Of a stretch of 64,000 nucleotides of DNA, positions 60,537 through 64,000 are shown in pieces. A model generated the notes under the pieces. It was given only the letters and a program-made list of their open reading frames with translations. It did not search any database and was not told where the DNA came from. The first letter of the stretch is position 1, and the number at the start of each line of letters is the position of its first letter. Source of the DNA: Deinobacterium chartae (GTDB lineage: Bacteria > Deinococcota > Deinococci > Deinococcales > Deinococcaceae); NCBI RefSeq assembly GCF_014202645.1, contig NZ_JACHHG010000002.1, positions 162,180-226,179 of the forward strand, read 5' to 3'. Made by a program: the position numbers and the translations under genes.

Positions 60537-62402
60537 GTGCAGCAACGCAGTGTTCTGAAAGAAAACGTCCTGTACTGGGTGGGAGACGCCGACTTTGGCG
60601 TGTACCCCGGCTTCGAGGAGAGCGGCTTTTACCGCAGGGATACCCGCTACCTGTCGCACTACCGCTGGCTGCTCGACGGAAAGCCCCTGCGTCCGCTGAT
60701 GCAGCATCTGATCCGGCCCTACCACCTGCGCCAGTCGTGCAGCAACGACGACCTCGGCTACCTGATGAAAACCGGGGTGCGCCGCGACCTGATGCTGGGC
60801 GGCCTGGAAGCCACCGATACGCTGCACCTCAGCCCTTACAGCGCCGGAGCGCGCCAGCTGCGCCTCGAGGTGGCCGCCGACTTCTCGGACATGTTCCAGG
60901 TGCGCGGCGCTCCGAAGTGGGAACGCCGCTTCGAGACCGCGCCGGTCGAAGGTGGCGTGGAGTTCCGTTACGCGGGGCAAGACGGTGTGCTGCGCCGCGC
61001 GGTGATCACGGCCGAGCCCGCCGCCGAGTGGGACGGTCAGGCCCTGAGCTGGACCCTGGAAGGAGCCGCCCGGGTGCAGGTCACCGCACGCCTGCTCGAA
61101 AACGACGAGCTCCCGGTTCCGGGCGACTGGACCGCCCTCGAGGCGAGCTACGCGCAGTGGATGGCAGCCGCCCCCCGCCTCTCGGACGCGCGCGACCAGG
61201 AGGTGCTCGACCGGGCGACCGCCGACCTGCGCTCGCTGCTGTTCGACACCGAGCACGGTCCGTTTCCGGCGGCGGGCATCCCCTGGTTCGTGGCCCCGTT
61301 CGGGCGCGACTCGCTCATCATCGCCCACATGCTGCTCCCCCACCACCAGGACGTGGTGCGCGGCACGCTGCGGCTGCTGGCGGCCAAGCAGGGCGTGCGG
61401 TACGACGCGGTAACCCTCGAGCAGCCCGGCAAGATCTTGCACGAGGAGCGGGTGGGCGAGTACACCCGCACCGGGCATACCCCGCATCGCCCGTACTACG
61501 GCAGCGTGGACGCCACGCCGCTGTTCGTATGGCTGGTGGGCGAGTACTACCGCCAATCCGCGGACCTCGAACTGGTGCGCGAGTTGCGGCCCCACTGGGA
61601 GGCAGCCCTGGGCTGGATGCTCTCCGACGCCGATCCGGACGGGGACGGCTTCCTCGAGTACACCCCGCACCCGGGCGGCATCACCAACCAGGTGTGGAAG
61701 GACTCGTCGGACTCGGTGTTCTTCGAAGACGGGCGCGACCCCGATCCCCAAAAGCCGATCGCGATCGTGGAGGTGCAGGGCTACGCCTATGCCGCCTATC
61801 TCGCGGCGGCCGAGCTGTACGCGGTGCTGGGCGAGACCGAACTGGCCGGCGCGTTCCGGGCGCGCGCCGAGACGCTGCGCGCCGCCTTCGTAAGCGCCTT
61901 TTACCTGCCCGGCCTGAACTACTACGCGCACGGTCTCGACGGCGACAAGCGCCCGATGCGGGTCAAGACCTCCAACCCGGCGCACGCGCTGTGGACCGGG
62001 ATCTTTCCGCCCGAGCACGCCGCCATGATCGCGCGCGAAGCCCTCAGCAGCGAACTGTGGAGCGGCTGGGGCATCCGCACGGTCGCGGAGGGGGCGCCGC
62101 GCTTTAACCCGGTCTCGTACCACAACGGCTCGGTGTGGCCGCACGACACCGCCCTGGCCGCGCTGGGCATGCGCCGCTACGGCCTCGAGGCCGAGGCCAG
62201 AACGGTGGCGCGCGCGCTGTTCGACGCGGCACGCTGGAGCCCGGACCGCCGCCTGCACGAGCTGTTCGCCGGTTATGCCCGCGAGGACGGCCCGCCGGTA
62301 CCGTTCCCGGCCGCCTGCCACCCGCAGGGTTGGGACGCGGTGATCCCGCTGGCCCTGGCTCCGCTGCTCGAGGGCACCGGGCAGCGCGAGTCGGCAGACT
62401 AG
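60537..62402 (+). CDS. glycoside hydrolase, glycogen-debranching-enzyme N-domain + amylo-alpha-1,6-glucosidase-type (alpha/alpha)6 barrel (GH63/GDE-like)
   Basis: 621 aa with a bacterial GDE_N-like N-terminus and a six-hairpin C-domain (FVAPFGRDS..., WPHDTA...). Last gene of the LacI operon. Confidence 0.75.
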   Translation: MQQRSVLKENVLYWVGDADFGVYPGFEESGFYRRDTRYLSHYRWLLDGKPLRPLMQHLIRPYHLRQSCSNDDLGYLMKTGVRRDLMLGGLEATDTLHLSPYSAGARQLRLEVAADFSDMFQVRGAPKWERRFETAPVEGGVEFRYAGQDGVLRRAVITAEPAAEWDGQALSWTLEGAARVQVTARLLENDELPVPGDWTALEASYAQWMAAAPRLSDARDQEVLDRATADLRSLLFDTEHGPFPAAGIPWFVAPFGRDSLIIAHMLLPHHQDVVRGTLRLLAAKQGVRYDAVTLEQPGKILHEERVGEYTRTGHTPHRPYYGSVDATPLFVWLVGEYYRQSADLELVRELRPHWEAALGWMLSDADPDGDGFLEYTPHPGGITNQVWKDSSDSVFFEDGRDPDPQKPIAIVEVQGYAYAAYLAAAELYAVLGETELAGAFRARAETLRAAFVSAFYLPGLNYYAHGLDGDKRPMRVKTSNPAHALWTGIFPPEHAAMIAREALSSELWSGWGIRTVAEGAPRFNPVSYHNGSVWPHDTALAALGMRRYGLEAEARTVARALFDAARWSPDRRLHELFAGYAREDGPPVPFPAACHPQGWDAVIPLALAPLLEGTGQRESAD

Positions 62403-62426
62403 CCTTTGAGGGTCATCCGTTTCCGG

Positions 62427-62480
62427 CAAGGGGGGCGCTACTCGGGTAGCGCCCCCCTTGCACGGTTCCGCGGGTTTTTC
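62427..62480 (+). terminator. terminator of the sugar-utilisation operon (15-bp stem hairpin, then CCGCGGGTTTTT)
   Basis: CAAGGGGGGCGCTAC tcgg GTAGCGCCCCCCTTG. Confidence 0.55.
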
Positions 62481-62563
62481 GACGATCCTCCGGCGAACCC
62501 CGCGGCCGACAGTTCGGCATTTCCGGTCGGCAACTCTGTGGGCTCCTCGCTCGTACCGGAAGC

Positions 62564-62851
62564 ATGAGGCTGATCCTTCCCTTCGTGATCCTGCTACCCC
62601 TGGCTTTTACGCTGGCGTGGCTGCTGCGACGTGTCAGCGGCAATTTCTGGGTGGGAATGGCGGGTGGCCCGCTCGGCATCTTCGCGGGCGGCGTGCTGCT
62701 CGGCTCGCTCGAGTTCGTGGGCTGGCTGGACCTGGGCGAGACCCCGCTACAGACCGGTTTGAGCTATCTGGTGGTGCTGGGCTGGAACCTGGGACTGCTG
62801 GGCGGCCTGATCGGTACGCTCATGGGGGCTCGGGCCAGACGGCACGCCTAG
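62564..62851 (+). CDS. small hypothetical membrane protein (95 aa, 3-4 TM)
   Basis: Hydrophobic ORF MRLILPFVILLPLAFTLAWLL... No known domain. Confidence 0.45.
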   Translation: MRLILPFVILLPLAFTLAWLLRRVSGNFWVGMAGGPLGIFAGGVLLGSLEFVGWLDLGETPLQTGLSYLVVLGWNLGLLGGLIGTLMGARARRHA

Positions 62852-62888
62852 GCCGCCCGATTTGATGGTTTTCGTAAGGCTTTAAGCT

Positions 62889-62912
62889 GCATTTCGAGAA
62901 GGTTCGAAATGC
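62889..62912. promoter_or_regulatory. 9-6-9 inverted repeat GCATTTCGA-N6-TCGAAATGC (operator candidate)
   Basis: Perfect inverted repeat 40 bp upstream of the ArsR-like ATG 62953. Confidence 0.35.
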
Positions 62913-62952
62913 ACATCGCCCGCCCACGTTTCCAGCCCGGCTCGAGGCCGTC

Positions 62953-63153
62953 ATGAAGCGCTTCGACGCTCCCACCGCGCTGTTCAAGACCCTCGGTCAC
63001 CCTGCCCGCCTGCTGATCCTCAACCTGTGCTGGGAAAGGTGCTGCGCGCCTTCTTCCAGGGTGGCCGCCCGGTACAGATTCCCGCGCAGCGCCGCAAGCG
63101 CGACATCATCCTCGAGGAACTCAGCCGCCTGTTCGAGCCCGGCCGCGAGGTGA
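62953..63153 (+). pseudogene. ArsR/SmtB-like wHTH N-terminal fragment (MKRFDAPTALFKTLGHPARLLILNL...), out of frame with the downstream ORF
   Basis: The N-terminus resembles the ArsR helix alpha-1 and metal-box region. The frame decays into low-complexity sequence after about 26 aa, while the +2 frame continues protein-like (ORF 63027..63854). Confidence 0.3.
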
Positions 63154-63854
63154 ACGAGCGCCTCGGCGCCCTGCACCCCGACTGCTTCACCTTGCGGCGC
63201 GAACTGGTCGGCGCAGGGCTGCTGGTGCGCAGCAGCGGGTATACACCCGCCCGAACCGGAACGCGCAGACCGGAGCGGGCTGAATGCGTTCACTGCCGCT
63301 CAAGGTCTTGTAAAGACAACTCAGCAGCGCACAGGTTACGATCAGCCATGTCGACTCTCAGCACCATCGCGGACTACCTGCGCCAGCAGGACATGACCGT
63401 CAGCCTCGAGGACAACCTGATCGCCCTGGCCCTGGGCGAAGAGGGCATGGGCCCCATGCTGATCTTGCAGACCGACGAGATGAACGAGGGCACGCTGTAC
63501 GTGGACCTCTCGATCACCCTCGAGATGGGCGTGGACGACGACGAGACCTTTGAGGCCCTGCTGCTGGCGGCCAACGCCATCAACGGCCAGTCCCGGCTGT
63601 GCCGGGTGGCCCTCGACCCGGTCGAGGACGACGAGAGCGAACACGATCCGGAAAGTCCGGCCCCCGACCTGCTGCTGCGCACCGCCTCGGGTCTGGTGCT
63701 GGGCGGCACCGGCGAGCACGACCTCGCGACGCTGCGCCGCCACATCTCGCTGTTCCTGGCCGAGGCCAACGCGGCCTTACAGATGCTCAGCGGCGACCTC
63801 GAGGACCTCGAGGAGCTGCTCGACGAGGACGCCGAGCGCGGCAGACAGGTTTAA
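63027..63854 (+). CDS. hypothetical protein with a C-terminal YbjN-like domain; the possible N-terminal wHTH starts at 62953 in another frame
   Basis: Uninterrupted 275-codon ORF (GTG start). The C-terminal 168 aa (from M at 63348: MSTLSTIADYLRQQDMTVSLEDNLIALALGEEGMGPMLILQTDE...) resemble the YbjN family. Confidence 0.45.
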   Translation: MLGKVLRAFFQGGRPVQIPAQRRKRDIILEELSRLFEPGREVNERLGALHPDCFTLRRELVGAGLLVRSSGYTPARTGTRRPERAECVHCRSRSCKDNSAAHRLRSAMSTLSTIADYLRQQDMTVSLEDNLIALALGEEGMGPMLILQTDEMNEGTLYVDLSITLEMGVDDDETFEALLLAANAINGQSRLCRVALDPVEDDESEHDPESPAPDLLLRTASGLVLGGTGEHDLATLRRHISLFLAEANAALQMLSGDLEDLEELLDEDAERGRQV

Positions 63855-63964
63855 GCCAACCTTTAGCTGATGCCCTCTAAGGGATGGCCCCGGTTGGGCG
63901 CACCCGCACCAACCCCCAAGATGAGAACCGGCTTCCCTGAAATCCCGTCCTCGAGGTGACGTAC

Positions 63965-64000
63965 ATGGAATGGATCACGAACCCTGACATCTGGATAGCC
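63965..64000 (+). CDS. start of an unidentified gene running off the window (MEWITNPDIWIA...)
   Basis: ATG with GAGGTGA upstream. Only 12 codons are visible. Confidence 0.2.
   Translation, partial: MEWITNPDIWIA

Overview
A 64 kb segment at about 68% GC. It looks like an ordinary chromosomal region of a Deinococcus-Thermus-type bacterium, most likely Meiothermus or Thermus. The pointers are a GGPP synthase that closely matches the Thermus thermophilus enzyme, two half-size TolC proteins, many terminators without a U-tract, and many start codons sitting directly behind a -10 box. Coding density is high and both strands carry a mix of housekeeping and accessory genes. I found no rRNA, tRNA, CRISPR array, transposase or integrase.

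Genes that can be recognised, in order:
- a pyroglutamate salvage cluster (pcp partial, then pxpB/pxpC/pxpA);
- cysK, a DsbA-like oxidoreductase, a NUDIX hydrolase, mtnN and lrgAB;
- a cytoplasmic 4xGAF-PAS-HisKA_3 sensor kinase;
- a MarR-controlled quinone/hydroquinone detoxification cluster: a VOC dioxygenase fused to a carboxylesterase, broken by an in-frame TAG, plus maleylacetate reductase;
- a NarL-type response regulator;
- pABA synthesis: a PabB-PabA fusion and pabC;
- an M20 peptidase, a VanW protein, two paralogous GSP17M-like glycine-zipper proteins, meaB, purM and GGPP synthase;
- a LysE exporter, a PaiB-like protein next to a divergent MocR regulator, an SPFH protein, a GNAT, an AIM24 protein, sodA, an RluA-family pseudouridine synthase, a carbon-nitrogen hydrolase and hslO;
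- a MarR / TolC / TolC / MFP / RND efflux operon with a divergent SDR gene;
- a cluster of small secreted, acidic and membrane hypotheticals;
- comM, dedA, a Ser/Thr kinase with a PQQ beta-propeller, and a small low-GC RHH protein;
- murA;
- a LacI-regulated sugar ABC importer with a GDE/GH63-like glycoside hydrolase;
- a putative frameshifted wHTH/YbjN-like gene.

The points most worth a second look are:
- the nonsense-interrupted dioxygenase-esterase fusion;
- two probable frameshifted genes (about 48.5 kb and 63.0 kb);
- an SD-preceded ABM-like ORF that has no stop before running through a perfect terminator hairpin;
- an AT-rich element with two alternative hairpins after cysK;
- a 20-fold over-representation of CTCGAG;
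- the pervasive leaderless-type promoters;
- a MalG-like permease carrying a 240-residue periplasmic insertion.
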